Origin: an uncultured Verrucomicrobiae bacterium
GTDB lineage: Bacteria > Verrucomicrobiota > Verrucomicrobiia > Chthoniobacterales > JAFAMB01
Length of the DNA stretch: 64,000 nt
Direction: 5' to 3'
NCBI GenBank assembly: GCA_963837955.1
Contig: CAWIPH010000002.1
Coordinates: forward strand, 1,216,001-1,280,000
Part shown: positions 49,660 to 60,292 of the stretch, in pieces
How positions within the stretch are numbered: the first letter of the stretch is position 1
Layout: each line of letters begins with the position of its first letter
Notes under the pieces: model-generated
Told to the model about the DNA's origin: nothing
Databases searched by the model: none
The model's input: the letters and a program-made list of their open reading frames with translations, nothing else
Program-made: the position numbers and the translations under genes

Positions 49660-50487
49660 ATGAAGAGCACCGGCACTGGAACGCGTGTTCCGCTTTCGCC
49701 ATTGCATACCATCGAGTTGGCCGGAGGTTTGTCCCATCTGTTAGCGAAACCTCCGGAGAAAGATTTTCCTCTCTATTCCATCGCTCGCAAAACCAGTCCG
49801 GACGGTCGAGAGTTGGTCCATAGCGAACTGGTTATCGCTGGGAAGCGAACCCGCACAACTTATCCCCTGGCCGAGCGATATCCCGTCCACTTCCTCAAGT
49901 CCTACCATCCGTGGAGCTTTCATGGTGATCCTGGGGTGGAATTCGAGAATAACCGAGTCGCGGCACAAATCCTGGGAACACCCGAACCAATCGGGTTCGA
50001 CAGCAACTCTTTCCGGACCACGTTCATGCCGGGCAAGCCGTTGAGCAAACTCTCCCCATTCACCAATATCGAACCACCACATCGCTGCCTGGGCATTGCG
50101 CAGCAGACCGATCCGGCGGCGCTCATCGGCCTTTGGCGGCTAGCGGAGGAGGTTTTTGAACAAATTGAAAAACTCCACTCCCAGCGGTTCTGCCATGGTG
50201 ATCTGGAATTGCACAACGTCGTGGTGTGCACCGGCCCGATTCAAACGTTTCTCATGGACTTCGAGAGTTCCGAGCGAGCTTTTTCTGGTTCGGAAACAAT
50301 CTGGGAGCGACGCCGCTCGCGCGATTTATTCGAATTGCTACGTCTAGCGATTTACCTTCAATGCGGGCTTGGGCGCCAACAGGGGCGGCTCGCTCGCAAA
50401 TCGTTGGAGGATCTACCGAAGTTGTTTGATTATGCTTCCACATTTTCAGCTCGTCTGGATGCGGCCGATCGCGGTGCTGTGCTATGA
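49660..50487 (+). CDS. Protein-kinase-like fold protein (Kdo/RIO/APH-like)
   Basis: FLKSY, HGDLELHNVV catalytic loop, DFE. Confidence 0.6.
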   Translation: MKSTGTGTRVPLSPLHTIELAGGLSHLLAKPPEKDFPLYSIARKTSPDGRELVHSELVIAGKRTRTTYPLAERYPVHFLKSYHPWSFHGDPGVEFENNRVAAQILGTPEPIGFDSNSFRTTFMPGKPLSKLSPFTNIEPPHRCLGIAQQTDPAALIGLWRLAEEVFEQIEKLHSQRFCHGDLELHNVVVCTGPIQTFLMDFESSERAFSGSETIWERRRSRDLFELLRLAIYLQCGLGRQQGRLARKSLEDLPKLFDYASTFSARLDAADRGAVL

Positions 50488-50635
50488 ATGGATCTTAGGT
50501 TTCACGCGGAAGGCGATGCGCTAACTATCGTAAGAAACAATTTCGTGAATTTTGCTTCGAGCGAGTTCTGACTTTCTGTTCTGAAACGCCTCCGTCAGTG
50601 TGGCCAATAGAACGGAATTGAAAACACAGAACATA

Positions 50636-50708
50636 TGGCTAGGGGCGGAATCGAACCGCCGACACGAGGATTTTCAGTCCTCTGCTCTGCCAACTGAGCT
50701 ACCTAGCC
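50636..50708 (-). tRNA. tRNA-Phe(GAA)
   Basis: GGCTAGGTAGCTCAGTTGGCAGAGCAGAGGACTGAAAATCCTCGTGTCGGCGGTTCGATTCCGCCCCTAGCCA; CCA not encoded. Confidence 0.97.
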
Positions 50709-50797
50709 GGATGGAAAGAGGACGGGAATATGAACGAGCGAGTGGTCAGCGCAAGGGAAAACTGGATCGCCAGCGTCTCAACTTGATGCACTACCCA

Positions 50798-50983
50798 TTA
50801 AGCCCGGGTGGCTTCCACTGCTTCGACTCCTCCGATATGGCAAGCGACCGTCAACTCGATCGGGCGACAGCAAATCTCGCAGTCCTCGATGGTCGAGTAA
50901 TTGCCAACAGAGGTGTCCGCACAGGTCGTAAACCTAGCTCCGCAGTACGGACAAACCACCTCGATGTCTTCTTCGAGGTTCAT
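50798..50983 (-). CDS. CPXCG-motif cysteine-rich protein
   Basis: CPYCG...IEDCEICCRP. Confidence 0.85.
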   Translation of the reverse strand: MNLEEDIEVVCPYCGARFTTCADTSVGNYSTIEDCEICCRPIELTVACHIGGVEAVEATRA

Positions 50984-51167
50984 GTCAGAAGCTAAGCCCA
51001 AAATCTGAAATAGGAACAGCGAAAAATGGAAAATTTAGCATTGGAAGGCTAAACTCAAACTCCCGAAGGCGTCGTCGTTTCGCGGTTAGCAGTTTTCATC
51101 TCATCATCCCGTTACTTACGTTCCTCTCTTGGCCTCCGGCTTTTACATCCCGGATTTCTGGAGTCTC

Positions 51168-52766
51168 TTAGGCGAGCGTAGAGGTTTGTGTGCCGGCCAG
51201 CGCAGTCGCTATTTGAATTCCGTTTGGGCTTCCCAGTCCAGTCGTTGCGTCCCAGCCCGGACCGGCAGAAAACGCCCCGTTGTTCCCAGAGGTAATATCG
51301 CGAAATGCCTGGGGATTCCGATAGAGGGCCGGGTGAACATACCCAGCGCGCGGCTTTCCTTGCTTAACCAGGAGCTCGTTGATCAAAGCGAATAAACCCG
51401 CATAGAGTGGTGCCACCGCACTGGTGCCACCCGTCACGTTCTGCGCTCCGTCGATAAGGACGTTGTACCCGGTCACGGGGTCCGCGTCGCCCGCAACATC
51501 GGGAATTCCTCGGCCACCGCTCTGGCCTTGCGGGGGAGGAACGTTTACTTGATTCTGGTAATCCGGCTTCGGGAAATAATCGCTGACGCCGCCTCCGGTA
51601 GCACCCAATCCTTGATTTTCCTCATTCCATACCGTCTCAGACGTAATCGAGGAATTACCCGACGCGGCTTGGAGGGTAGTTCCTCCGCACGCAATTGCGA
51701 ATGGACTGGAGGAGGGGAAGTCGACATGGTTTTTGCCATCAGTCTGGCCGTCAGAAGATCCGTTATCTCCCGATGCCACGAAGACGGTCTTTCCCATGGT
51801 ACCAGCCTCCTGAAAGGCTTGATTGAAGGCGGTGAGAGATTGAGCTGTGAAATTGGATTCTGCCTGGCCCCAGCTGATGGAGACCAAAGTGACATCAGCA
51901 TCATGAACAGCTGAGGTCACAGCGTCGATGAATCCTTGATCGCTGTTCGGCGCAAAAAACACTTTTTGCTTCGCTGCCGGGGCAATTGCTCCGGCCACTT
52001 CAATATCCAGCTCGACCTCGCCGTCAGCGCTGTTGGCATTACCGGTCGGACTGTTTTGACCACCATCTACGGATACCGCCGTAACTTGCGGAGCGGGATT
52101 GATGCCGAGCTGCCGGAAATAGGTATCGAGGTCCGTTTGCTGATAGCCGCCCCCCAATTCAATAATGCCGATCGTTTCTCCTTGGCCGGTCGCAGATGTC
52201 GGAAAATTGTACAAGCGCGCGATATCCGGCGGGTTAAACGATTGCTGAGCGACAGCAGCCGCAGGTAGCGAACGAAAGTGGGTAGCTGCTTGTGGCCGGT
52301 TATCCAATCCAAACACGCCAGTGACAATGCCTTGCAGTTCCGATGGTAAATACACCGCACCCTGGCGTAGACGGTAGGTAGAACCCTGATGAAGATAATC
52401 ATGCAGCTGGACGCCAAATGCGGATTCCATGGCGGAAACGGGTCCCGATAGTTGTATGCTCCGGCGGGCCAGATTTGTTTCGACTACCTGTAACCCATGT
52501 TTCTGGGCGAAGCTTCCGACCCGCTCCAGATCAGCTGGATCCGCTCCATAACGCTCAGCAAACTGGTTTGGTGTAAGCTGTTCCCGGGATTGTGACTGGG
52601 AGAGCTCTCGAAATCTCTGTTGAAGTTCATCTTGGTTTCGCGCCCGCAAATAGAGAGTCACGCTGATCACGGCTTCGGGCGAGCAAGGGCCGACGAACTG
52701 AGCGTCCTGCGGAAGAATCCGTTCAGAACCGGGCAAGGGAGAAGAATCAGAATGGTTTTGCGGCAT
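51168..52766 (-). CDS. S53 peptidase (kumamolisin-like) with prodomain
   Basis: EVELD, SISWG, ASGDNGS, GGTSAVAP, GWDATTGLGSP. Confidence 0.93.
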   Translation of the reverse strand: MPQNHSDSSPLPGSERILPQDAQFVGPCSPEAVISVTLYLRARNQDELQQRFRELSQSQSREQLTPNQFAERYGADPADLERVGSFAQKHGLQVVETNLARRSIQLSGPVSAMESAFGVQLHDYLHQGSTYRLRQGAVYLPSELQGIVTGVFGLDNRPQAATHFRSLPAAAVAQQSFNPPDIARLYNFPTSATGQGETIGIIELGGGYQQTDLDTYFRQLGINPAPQVTAVSVDGGQNSPTGNANSADGEVELDIEVAGAIAPAAKQKVFFAPNSDQGFIDAVTSAVHDADVTLVSISWGQAESNFTAQSLTAFNQAFQEAGTMGKTVFVASGDNGSSDGQTDGKNHVDFPSSSPFAIACGGTTLQAASGNSSITSETVWNEENQGLGATGGGVSDYFPKPDYQNQVNVPPPQGQSGGRGIPDVAGDADPVTGYNVLIDGAQNVTGGTSAVAPLYAGLFALINELLVKQGKPRAGYVHPALYRNPQAFRDITSGNNGAFSAGPGWDATTGLGSPNGIQIATALAGTQTSTLA

Positions 52767-52933
52767 AATTACGGATGGGTTTCGTTCGGTGCAGTGTGAT
52801 CGAATTCACGGAGTGGTGAAGGAGAATTCATCCATGAGACGTGCCGTGACAATCGCGGCGTTGCTAATTTGTCGACCTCAGTGGATCGTGCAACCGCTGT
52901 CCGGAAGAACTACCAATCTAGGAGAAAGATTTC

Positions 52934-53311
52934 ATGCCGGCTCATGGCGTTTCCCAAATCAAGAGCAACCACTCCGCGGCCAATACCGCGACACGCTTCG
53001 TTGATCTGCTGAACACGAAAGGGATCAAGACCTTCGCCAGAATTGATCAGCGGGCGGAGGCTGAGAATGTCGGACTCACTTTGCGACCAACCGAGTTAAT
53101 CATCTTCGGAGACCCACGGGCTGGTACGCCGCTCATGGATGCCTATCCGTCGCTGGCATTGGATCTTCCTTTGAAGGCGCTTATTTTCGAAGATACGACC
53201 GGGGACGTCTGGATCTGCTTCAATAGTCCGGAATATTTGGCGGAGCGCCATGGACTGACGACGGTGCCTTTCCAAGCGATCGGCAAACTGTTCGAAGCGG
53301 CGGCCTCTTAG
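52934..53311 (+). CDS. DUF302-family protein
   Basis: FARIDQ, IFGDPRAGTPLM, LDLPLK. Confidence 0.85.
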   Translation: MPAHGVSQIKSNHSAANTATRFVDLLNTKGIKTFARIDQRAEAENVGLTLRPTELIIFGDPRAGTPLMDAYPSLALDLPLKALIFEDTTGDVWICFNSPEYLAERHGLTTVPFQAIGKLFEAAAS

Positions 53312-53361
53312 GTTGATGCCAGAATAAAGAATCTGCAATCTGGCGCCTTTTGGCGCTCTGT

Positions 53362-53928
53362 CTACTCCGGAGGTCGTGCACGCGGTTCGCGATCTTTGGT
53401 CCCCGCGTCGGTTGGTGCGGTCACGAATGGACCACCTGCCAGCGGAGCAACCGCGCTGAAAGCGACGTCCGGCATCTCGCTCGGTTTACCTTCCAACGGG
53501 AAATCTTTGCGTAGGGGAAAGTAGGGGTAACCGTCCCACATCAGAATCCGGCGAAGATCGGGGTGATTTGTGAACCGGATTCCCATCATGTCGAATATTT
53601 CCCGTTCGTGCCAATTCGCACCTTCCCACAAGTGCGACAAGGTCGGCGCTTCCAGACTGTCTTCGGAAACCTTTGTTTTCAGCCGAAGATGAATGTTCTG
53701 CTCTAGGGAATAAAGCTCGTAGACAATCTCAAATCGCGGTTCTTCACCGAAATGATCTACGCTGCTGATATCGATCAAAAAGTTGAAGCCGAGTTCGTCC
53801 CGACAGGTTCGGCAAACCGATTCGACATTCTCGAGTGCCACTTGCACGGAGATCTCGTCGCGGAATTCCGTCTGTGGCAAATTCGGGAAACGTTTTCTAA
53901 TTATTTCCGAAAGTTCCGCGGTGGTCAT
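53362..53928 (-). CDS. nuoC: NADH-quinone oxidoreductase subunit C
   Basis: [34 protein letters not shown]. Confidence 0.93.
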   Translation of the reverse strand: MTTAELSEIIRKRFPNLPQTEFRDEISVQVALENVESVCRTCRDELGFNFLIDISSVDHFGEEPRFEIVYELYSLEQNIHLRLKTKVSEDSLEAPTLSHLWEGANWHEREIFDMMGIRFTNHPDLRRILMWDGYPYFPLRKDFPLEGKPSEMPDVAFSAVAPLAGGPFVTAPTDAGTKDREPRARPPE

Positions 53929-54449
53929 GAAACGGCCTCGAACAATGCACGTTTTTGATCACCGATGGCATGCTCATGCATGATCTTGCCCTGTAGCTTC
54001 ATCAATCCTTCCAACAACGCTTCTGGGCGCGGTGGGCATCCGCTGACGTAGACATCCACGGGAAGAAGATGGTCGATACCTTGCAGGACGGCATAACTCC
54101 GGTACATCCCGCCGGAGGAAGCACAGGCTCCCATGGCGATAACCCACTTTGGTTCCGGCATTTGGTCATAAATGCGCTTTACCGCTAAGGCCATTTTGTA
54201 AGTCACGGTCCCGGCAACAATCATTACGTCGGATTGTCGCGGGGAGAAACGCATTACCTCGGCTCCGAACCGAGCAATGTCGAACCGGGAGGCGCCTGCC
54301 GCCATCAGTTCGATCGCGCAACAGGCGAGGCCCATAGGCATTGGCCAGAGCGAATTCTTGCGCATCCAATTGATGCAAGCGTCAAGGCGCGAAAAGATGA
54401 TGTTGCCTTCCACTTTTGAGTCGTACGCTGCCGGAGCGATCGTGGCCAT
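53925..54449 (-). CDS. nuoB: NADH-quinone oxidoreductase subunit B
   Basis: [30 protein letters not shown]. Confidence 0.95.
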   Translation of the reverse strand: MATIAPAAYDSKVEGNIIFSRLDACINWMRKNSLWPMPMGLACCAIELMAAGASRFDIARFGAEVMRFSPRQSDVMIVAGTVTYKMALAVKRIYDQMPEPKWVIAMGACASSGGMYRSYAVLQGIDHLLPVDVYVSGCPPRPEALLEGLMKLQGKIMHEHAIGDQKRALFEAVS

Positions 54450-54482
54450 GATTGGGAGCTTAAGATGTGCGATCCGGGGAGC

Positions 54483-54500
54483 AAGTGAAATGTTTCACAA
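54483..54500. promoter_or_regulatory. Second Rex-like operator upstream of nuoB
   Basis: AAGTGAA-ATGT-TTCACAA, 34 bp upstream of nuoB. Confidence 0.55.
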
Positions 54501-54520
54501 AGGGTCTGAGGGGGCTGGGA

Positions 54521-54959
54521 AACGCCGAGAACGCCGACAACGCCGACAACGCCGGGAACGCCGGGAACGCCGGGAACGCCGGGAACGCCGAGCGGCGAAG
54601 CCCTAGGGTCAGCCCAGGTGGTCACGCACTAAAGGTGTGTTTCAATCTAGTGGCTTCCGATTCTTGGTCGAAAAGTTTTAAGAACCAAATATTTGCCAGC
54701 GATTGCGCTACGCGATCTGAACAACATATATAAACGTTCTCGCCACGCGCCTTCAGCGCGCTGATTGCTTTTTTTTTATTCCTAGGCCTTCACGCTCTAG
54801 GCTTTCTTGAGTCGCGGCTTCGCCGCTCGACGCTGCCAGCGTTCTCGCCGTTCCGGCGTTCCCGGCGATCCCGGCGTTGTCGGCGTTGTCGGCGTTGTCG
54901 GCGTTGTCGGCGATCCCGGCGATCCCGGCGTTCCCGGCGTTCCCGGCGTTCCCGGCGTT
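54521..54959. repeat. Inverted arrays of 9-bp tandem repeats (AACGCCGRN x8; reverse x12)
   Basis: 54521-54592 and 54852-54959. Confidence 0.92.
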
Positions 54960-55073
54960 CTCCAACTTCGCTCCGTCGTCTGAAACTCCGGCAGGCTTCG
55001 TCGGACAAGCCGGCGTTCCGGGCTTTATCCGCGTTGACGTGCGTTCCCGGCTGAAGAATAGTGCCGCTCTCGC

Positions 55074-56870
55074 ATGCCCAGGCGTCTTACTCGCAACTTT
55101 TGCATCATTGCTCACATCGATCACGGTAAGACCACGCTCTCCGACCGGTTGTTGGAATCGACCGGCACAATCGAAGAACGGGACAAGCAGGACCAGTTGC
55201 TCGATTCAATGGATCTCGAACGTGAACGTGGGATCACTATCAAGGCGCATCCGGTGGCGATGCAGTATCGGGCTAAAGATGAAAAAATCTACCTGCTGAA
55301 TCTTTTGGATACGCCGGGTCACGTTGATTTTTCGTATGAAGTCTCTCGAAGCCTTGCCGCCTGCGAAGGCGCCATTCTGGTGGTAGACGCTGCCCAGGGA
55401 GTGGAAGCGCAGACAGTAGCCAACGTTCACCTCGCGATGAAGCAGGGATTAACGATTATCCCCGTCATTAACAAGATCGACCTGCCAAACGCCGATATTC
55501 CCACCGTAAAGAGACAGCTCGAAGATATTCTGGCGATTCCAGCGGATGAAGCCATTCTCGCAAGCGCTAAGACGGGAATCGGCATCGACGAAATACTCGA
55601 GAGTATTGTCCACCGGATCCCTCCTCCCCCCGTGTTAGAGGACGAAAAATTGAGAGCACTGATTTTTGATTCTCTGTTCGATATCTATCGAGGCGTCGTC
55701 GCTTATACGCGGGTGTACTCCGGAAGCATCGTGGCTGGTCAGTCGGTGAAGTTGATGAGTACGTCCAAGAGCTACGAAATCAAAGAGGTGGGGATCTTCA
55801 CTCCGAAGCCTTTTGCCCGAAAGGAATTGAGGGCGGGCGACGTCGGTTATTTCATCGCGAACATCAAATCGACCACTGAAATAAAGATTGGTGATACGTT
55901 GACCGATCAACGCAACCCGTCGCGCGAGCCGCTGCCCGGATTTCAGGAAATTCATCCGATGGTCTTCAGCGGGATTTATCCAATCAACACTGCCGATTTT
56001 GAGCATCTCAAAACAGCGATGGGCAAACTCCAGATTAATGACTCTGCATTTGTCTACCAGGCGGAGAATTCCATCGCTCTCGGTTATGGCTTTCGCTGCG
56101 GATTCCTTGGTTTGTTGCACATGGAGATTGTGCAAGAGCGGCTGCGTCGGGAGTTCGACATGGACATCATCGCGACCTATCCAAGTGTTGTCTACGAGGT
56201 GGTGAAGACAAACGGCGAGAAATTGGAAGTCGATAACCCGGCCTACTTACCTGATCCCAGCGTCATCGACGAGGTGCGCGAGCCAATCGTAAAATGTTTC
56301 GTCATGTGTCCCAACGAAAATATCGGGGATATGATGCAGCTAATTTTGGAAAAACGAGGCGAAGTCGAGCATACGGAGTCTTTGGACACTCGTCGGGTAA
56401 TGCTAACAGGGACTATGCCGCTCAATGAGATTCTCGTCGATTTTAACGACAGGATTAAGTCGCTGACTCACGGCTACGGATCCATGGACTATGAATATGC
56501 CGGTTATCGGCCGGCTGATCTGGTGAAGCTTGATATGCTGGTAAACGGGGAACCGGTGGACGCGTTCTCCAGCATTGTCCATCGGGACAAAGCGGAAACG
56601 CGGGGGCGCTCGTTGGCAGCGAAGCTGAAGGAGGTTATTCCGCAGCAGCTTTTTCAAGTTTCGATCCAGGCGGCTATCGGCGGGAAAGTAGTCGCCCGGG
56701 AAAATGTGTCTGCGCTTCGGAAGAATGTGACTGCGAAATGTTACGGCGGTGATATCACGCGAAAGCGAAAGTTGCTGGAGAAGCAAAAGGAAGGAAAGAA
56801 GCGGATGAAAGCGATCGGCAAAGTCAATATTCCGCAAGAAGCTTTTATCGAAGTACTGAAAACCAACTGA
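55074..56870 (+). CDS. lepA: Elongation factor 4 (LepA)
   Basis: [43 protein letters not shown]. Confidence 0.97.
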   Translation: MPRRLTRNFCIIAHIDHGKTTLSDRLLESTGTIEERDKQDQLLDSMDLERERGITIKAHPVAMQYRAKDEKIYLLNLLDTPGHVDFSYEVSRSLAACEGAILVVDAAQGVEAQTVANVHLAMKQGLTIIPVINKIDLPNADIPTVKRQLEDILAIPADEAILASAKTGIGIDEILESIVHRIPPPPVLEDEKLRALIFDSLFDIYRGVVAYTRVYSGSIVAGQSVKLMSTSKSYEIKEVGIFTPKPFARKELRAGDVGYFIANIKSTTEIKIGDTLTDQRNPSREPLPGFQEIHPMVFSGIYPINTADFEHLKTAMGKLQINDSAFVYQAENSIALGYGFRCGFLGLLHMEIVQERLRREFDMDIIATYPSVVYEVVKTNGEKLEVDNPAYLPDPSVIDEVREPIVKCFVMCPNENIGDMMQLILEKRGEVEHTESLDTRRVMLTGTMPLNEILVDFNDRIKSLTHGYGSMDYEYAGYRPADLVKLDMLVNGEPVDAFSSIVHRDKAETRGRSLAAKLKEVIPQQLFQVSIQAAIGGKVVARENVSALRKNVTAKCYGGDITRKRKLLEKQKEGKKRMKAIGKVNIPQEAFIEVLKTN

Positions 56871-56874
56871 CGTC

Positions 56875-57999
56875 GTGTTTACTCCGCAACACATTACCCA
56901 TGGCAATGCGCTGGCCAAGGCGGCGCAACGACTCATAAACTATCGGAAAGATATAGCGTCATCGGAGCTCATAGAGGCAGTGCGAACCGATTTGACTCAG
57001 CTTAAGACGGCGCTGAAGGCTCGCTCCAAAACAGAGGTTGAGCCGGCGGTGAAGACGCTCGAGACGTCGCTGCATCGGCTGGATCCGCCGCACCCGAACA
57101 TGGCCATTCGGGACTATGTCGAGTTGGTGCTGGTGGTTGTGGCGATTGCTATCGGGTTACGCACTTACTATCTCCAGCCGTTCAAAATCCCGACCGGCTC
57201 AATGCAGCCAACGTTGAACGGGATAATCGCGAAGAAAATAGATACTCCTCCGCCGAATCCGCTTGTCCGCGCTTTTCAATTTCTGACGCTCGGTCGTTCA
57301 TATGAAGATATTACGGCTTCGGAAGAGAGCGAGACCGTGAGCTCGATCCAACCCTACAAAGTGAAATATTTTTGGGATGGCTCCTTGATAACCACTCACT
57401 CTCCTAATTCAGCTGTGCATAACTATGTCGTCGGAATGGCGCCGGAGGTATTGGAGCGCCAGCTCGAGGTTTATCCGGGTGCTACTTTTCGACGCGGTCA
57501 GCCGATTGTACGGGCTTACGCAGACCTGGGAGACCAGGTGTTTGTTGACAAAGTCTCCTATAACTTTTCCCAGCCAAAACGGGGAGACATCTTCGTATTC
57601 AAAACCAACCAAATCATTGGAATCGCGCAGGCGCCTGATGGGTCGAGTCAGCATTACATAAAACGTTTGGCTGGACTGCCTCGGGACATTCTCCAGATCA
57701 AAGAGCCGTACTTGTTCATTAACGGCAAACTGGCGCATCGCTTTGCCTTTAGACGAGTAATGTCGAGGCAGAATGGATACACTGGATATACCAACGATCA
57801 TTCTGGAGGGAACATGATCTATTTGGGCGATCCCGCATCGACCGTGCGAGTTGAGCCACACACTTTTTTCGCTTTGGGAGATAACAGTGCCAATAGTTTG
57901 GACAGTCGATACTGGGGATTTGTGCCAGAAAAGAATGTCGTCGGACGGGGCCTTTTCATTTATTGGCCGTTTACCAGCCATTGGGGTTTTGCCCAGTAA
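56875..57999 (+). CDS. lepB: Signal peptidase I
   Basis: FKIPTGSMQPTL, YIKRLAG, GDNSANSLDSRYWG; follows lepA. Confidence 0.93.
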   Translation: MFTPQHITHGNALAKAAQRLINYRKDIASSELIEAVRTDLTQLKTALKARSKTEVEPAVKTLETSLHRLDPPHPNMAIRDYVELVLVVVAIAIGLRTYYLQPFKIPTGSMQPTLNGIIAKKIDTPPPNPLVRAFQFLTLGRSYEDITASEESETVSSIQPYKVKYFWDGSLITTHSPNSAVHNYVVGMAPEVLERQLEVYPGATFRRGQPIVRAYADLGDQVFVDKVSYNFSQPKRGDIFVFKTNQIIGIAQAPDGSSQHYIKRLAGLPRDILQIKEPYLFINGKLAHRFAFRRVMSRQNGYTGYTNDHSGGNMIYLGDPASTVRVEPHTFFALGDNSANSLDSRYWGFVPEKNVVGRGLFIYWPFTSHWGFAQ

Positions 58000-58190
58000 T
58001 CTGTCAAAATTGATGATGCGGTCCTGACGTCGGCAGCAGGTCCGCTCCGCCATCGGAGTTGCCCTCGCAGATTTGAGTGAAATCCACCGGTGCAGTGCCG
58101 GGGTTCTGCTGCTAAGCAGATTATTGTTCCATTTTCGGCTTTATTCCGGCCGGTGTTTCAGCGAGAAAAACAACCCAACCTGGCTGGCCT

Positions 58191-58970
58191 ATGGATTTGG
58201 AGGAAATACTGATTGATCTTGCTCATCAGTTGTACGGTCGCTCTGACCGGCTGGTGATCTATGATGAAGGTTTGGTAGCCGCGAAACTGGACCGTCACAT
58301 CATAGTAAGTCGTCCCGGAGCACGGTTGGGCAGTCTGGAATTTGGTGACCTTATTCATATCGATCCGGGTCCTCTGCTTGAATTGTTGAAGGTGGATCAA
58401 CTTAAACGACAGGCGGAGGAGGAGACGCTCACTGGTTCTCGCGTTCGTGATGATTTTCCCATTCCCGGTCCGGAAACATATTTCGTAGCAGATCTCCTCG
58501 CCCGGTCGGAAAGCCATCTATTGGCGCACGTTCAGCCGATCTTGGTCAATCAAATCTTGGCTTCGCCGCGGGCCCGCCAGTTTGCAGATCGACGCATCAC
58601 TTTGACGGAGGTATTCGGATGTGGAGTTGCGACGGCGATGGCCGGCTACGCCGATCCTGGCGCGGTTCTGGCGAAGGAAATTCGTCACAAGGTAAATCTT
58701 TGGAGAGATCGCGCTCGGGTGGAACCCAAAATAGTGCTTCTGCAAAACAACGGAATGGTGGTCATCGGCGACACGCCCGCTGAAATCATTGAGACCATTG
58801 ATAAGATTCTGAAGGCAGCTGAGGTATTTATTGGTGCTAGCGTGTTAGGCGGTCCTCAATTCCTCACGGTTGCAAATATCGGGCGCGTCCTGGAATACCG
58901 GAAGCTCATTGGAACGAGCAAAGAGCCTACTGGCGTTCAAAATCTAGCCGGTGAGCTTAGTAGTACCTGA
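58191..58970 (+). CDS. Class II aldolase/adducin-like protein with degenerate metal site
   Basis: PGPET, LLAHVQP, YADPG, VLLQNNG. Confidence 0.65.
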   Translation: MDLEEILIDLAHQLYGRSDRLVIYDEGLVAAKLDRHIIVSRPGARLGSLEFGDLIHIDPGPLLELLKVDQLKRQAEEETLTGSRVRDDFPIPGPETYFVADLLARSESHLLAHVQPILVNQILASPRARQFADRRITLTEVFGCGVATAMAGYADPGAVLAKEIRHKVNLWRDRARVEPKIVLLQNNGMVVIGDTPAEIIETIDKILKAAEVFIGASVLGGPQFLTVANIGRVLEYRKLIGTSKEPTGVQNLAGELSST

Positions 58971-60162
58971 GGCGATTGGAAACGACTGGGTTAGATGGTT
59001 CGGCGAGATAGGCGTCGGAATCCTAGCCTACGCCTTTGTTGTCTTCGGCAATCCGGCCCTGCCGTTCTTTCGGGATGGGCTTCGAGTGCTGAAACGTTAT
59101 CCCCGCATCTGGCTATGGCTGGCCGGTATGAGCTTCGCGTATTGGTTTTTCCAGTTGGCCCAAGCGTGGGCACTCGGAGAGGTGAAATTCTCGCTTTATG
59201 ATCTCGTCTACTGGCCTGCACCACGAGCCTGGAATTGGGCGCAAGCCGCCAGCCGCGCTTGGTTACCTGCCTTGGAATTGCTGGCCGGGCTATTCAATCA
59301 AATCGTGGTCAGTTTTCCACTTTCCGCGATCGCGGCGCTCTTGTTTTTACTCAACTGGGGCAACTCCCATTTCGCATTGATCCAGGAGATGCGATCTCGA
59401 TTGGGACGGTGGTGGATCGTGGTCTATGGCGGATTAGTGATCTGCGCGTTTGGAGCGCTAGTGAAGCCTATCTTCGGACTTGGGATTCGCTGGCTTAACC
59501 AATTTTTTGACGGGATTTTTCTACTTCGGCTCGGAGCAGTTCTCGATTCGCTATCGTTTGCGTTCGAGTACCTGTTCGGCTTGGTCATCCAAGTTTACCT
59601 GATCTTGCTGGCCTTCGTTTGGATCCGAGGTATCAACTCGCCGCCGGAACGCGTCTTTATCTTTGCGCTCAGGCGGATGGCGCACTTGGTGAAATGGGCA
59701 GGCCTGATTCTGCTCGTTAGTTCGTTGGGTATCCATCTGCCGCTTTTGGCGAGCTACCTATGGATCGGGCAGTTTACCGATTTCACGAGTGCAGCTGTCC
59801 AATACGTCGAACAGACTGCGCGGCCATTGATTGCCATAGGCCTAATCTTTTTCTGTTCTGTACAGATCTCGCTCGTGCTGCACAACGAGTCGTTTCGCCA
59901 GGCGATTTCCGAACATGCAGCCTTTATGCGCCAATATTGGTACCGAGTGCTTTGGTTTCTTATTGTCGCGGGAATGCATCTCTTTTTGGTCTGCTGGCTC
60001 GGAGCAGGCTGGCTGGGCGGTTACAAAGGCGGATCTGTTCCTTATTTGCTTGGATTGTTTCTGATCAGCGGGCTCAAATCCATTTGTGCCGCTTGGCTTC
60101 TGGCTGCCTGGGTTTGCCTTTACCGAAGTGCGGGGAGGCAACGGCAAGAGATCCGCTTTTAA
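58951..60162 (+). CDS. Hypothetical polytopic membrane protein
   Basis: About 9 hydrophobic segments; overlaps the upstream gene. Confidence 0.65.
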   Translation: MSLVVPEAIGNDWVRWFGEIGVGILAYAFVVFGNPALPFFRDGLRVLKRYPRIWLWLAGMSFAYWFFQLAQAWALGEVKFSLYDLVYWPAPRAWNWAQAASRAWLPALELLAGLFNQIVVSFPLSAIAALLFLLNWGNSHFALIQEMRSRLGRWWIVVYGGLVICAFGALVKPIFGLGIRWLNQFFDGIFLLRLGAVLDSLSFAFEYLFGLVIQVYLILLAFVWIRGINSPPERVFIFALRRMAHLVKWAGLILLVSSLGIHLPLLASYLWIGQFTDFTSAAVQYVEQTARPLIAIGLIFFCSVQISLVLHNESFRQAISEHAAFMRQYWYRVLWFLIVAGMHLFLVCWLGAGWLGGYKGGSVPYLLGLFLISGLKSICAAWLLAAWVCLYRSAGRQRQEIRF

Positions 60163-60292
60163 TTGGGAAGGAAGCAGCGCGATTGGACGGCAGCCGAACT
60201 GCGCCTGCTCGAAATGAAATAGCCAATCGCTAATATTTGTTATTGGCTATTTGCTGTTGATCATTTCTTTGTTGATCAACTGGCGAGATCTT

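Noticed and set aside
50600..50995. 131-aa plus-strand ORF
   Set aside because: Overlaps tRNA-Phe and the CPXCG gene on the opposite strand.
54277..55299. Low-complexity ORFs (RRERRE, NAGNAG, PGVPGV)
   Set aside because: Artefacts of the 9-bp tandem repeats being open in several frames.
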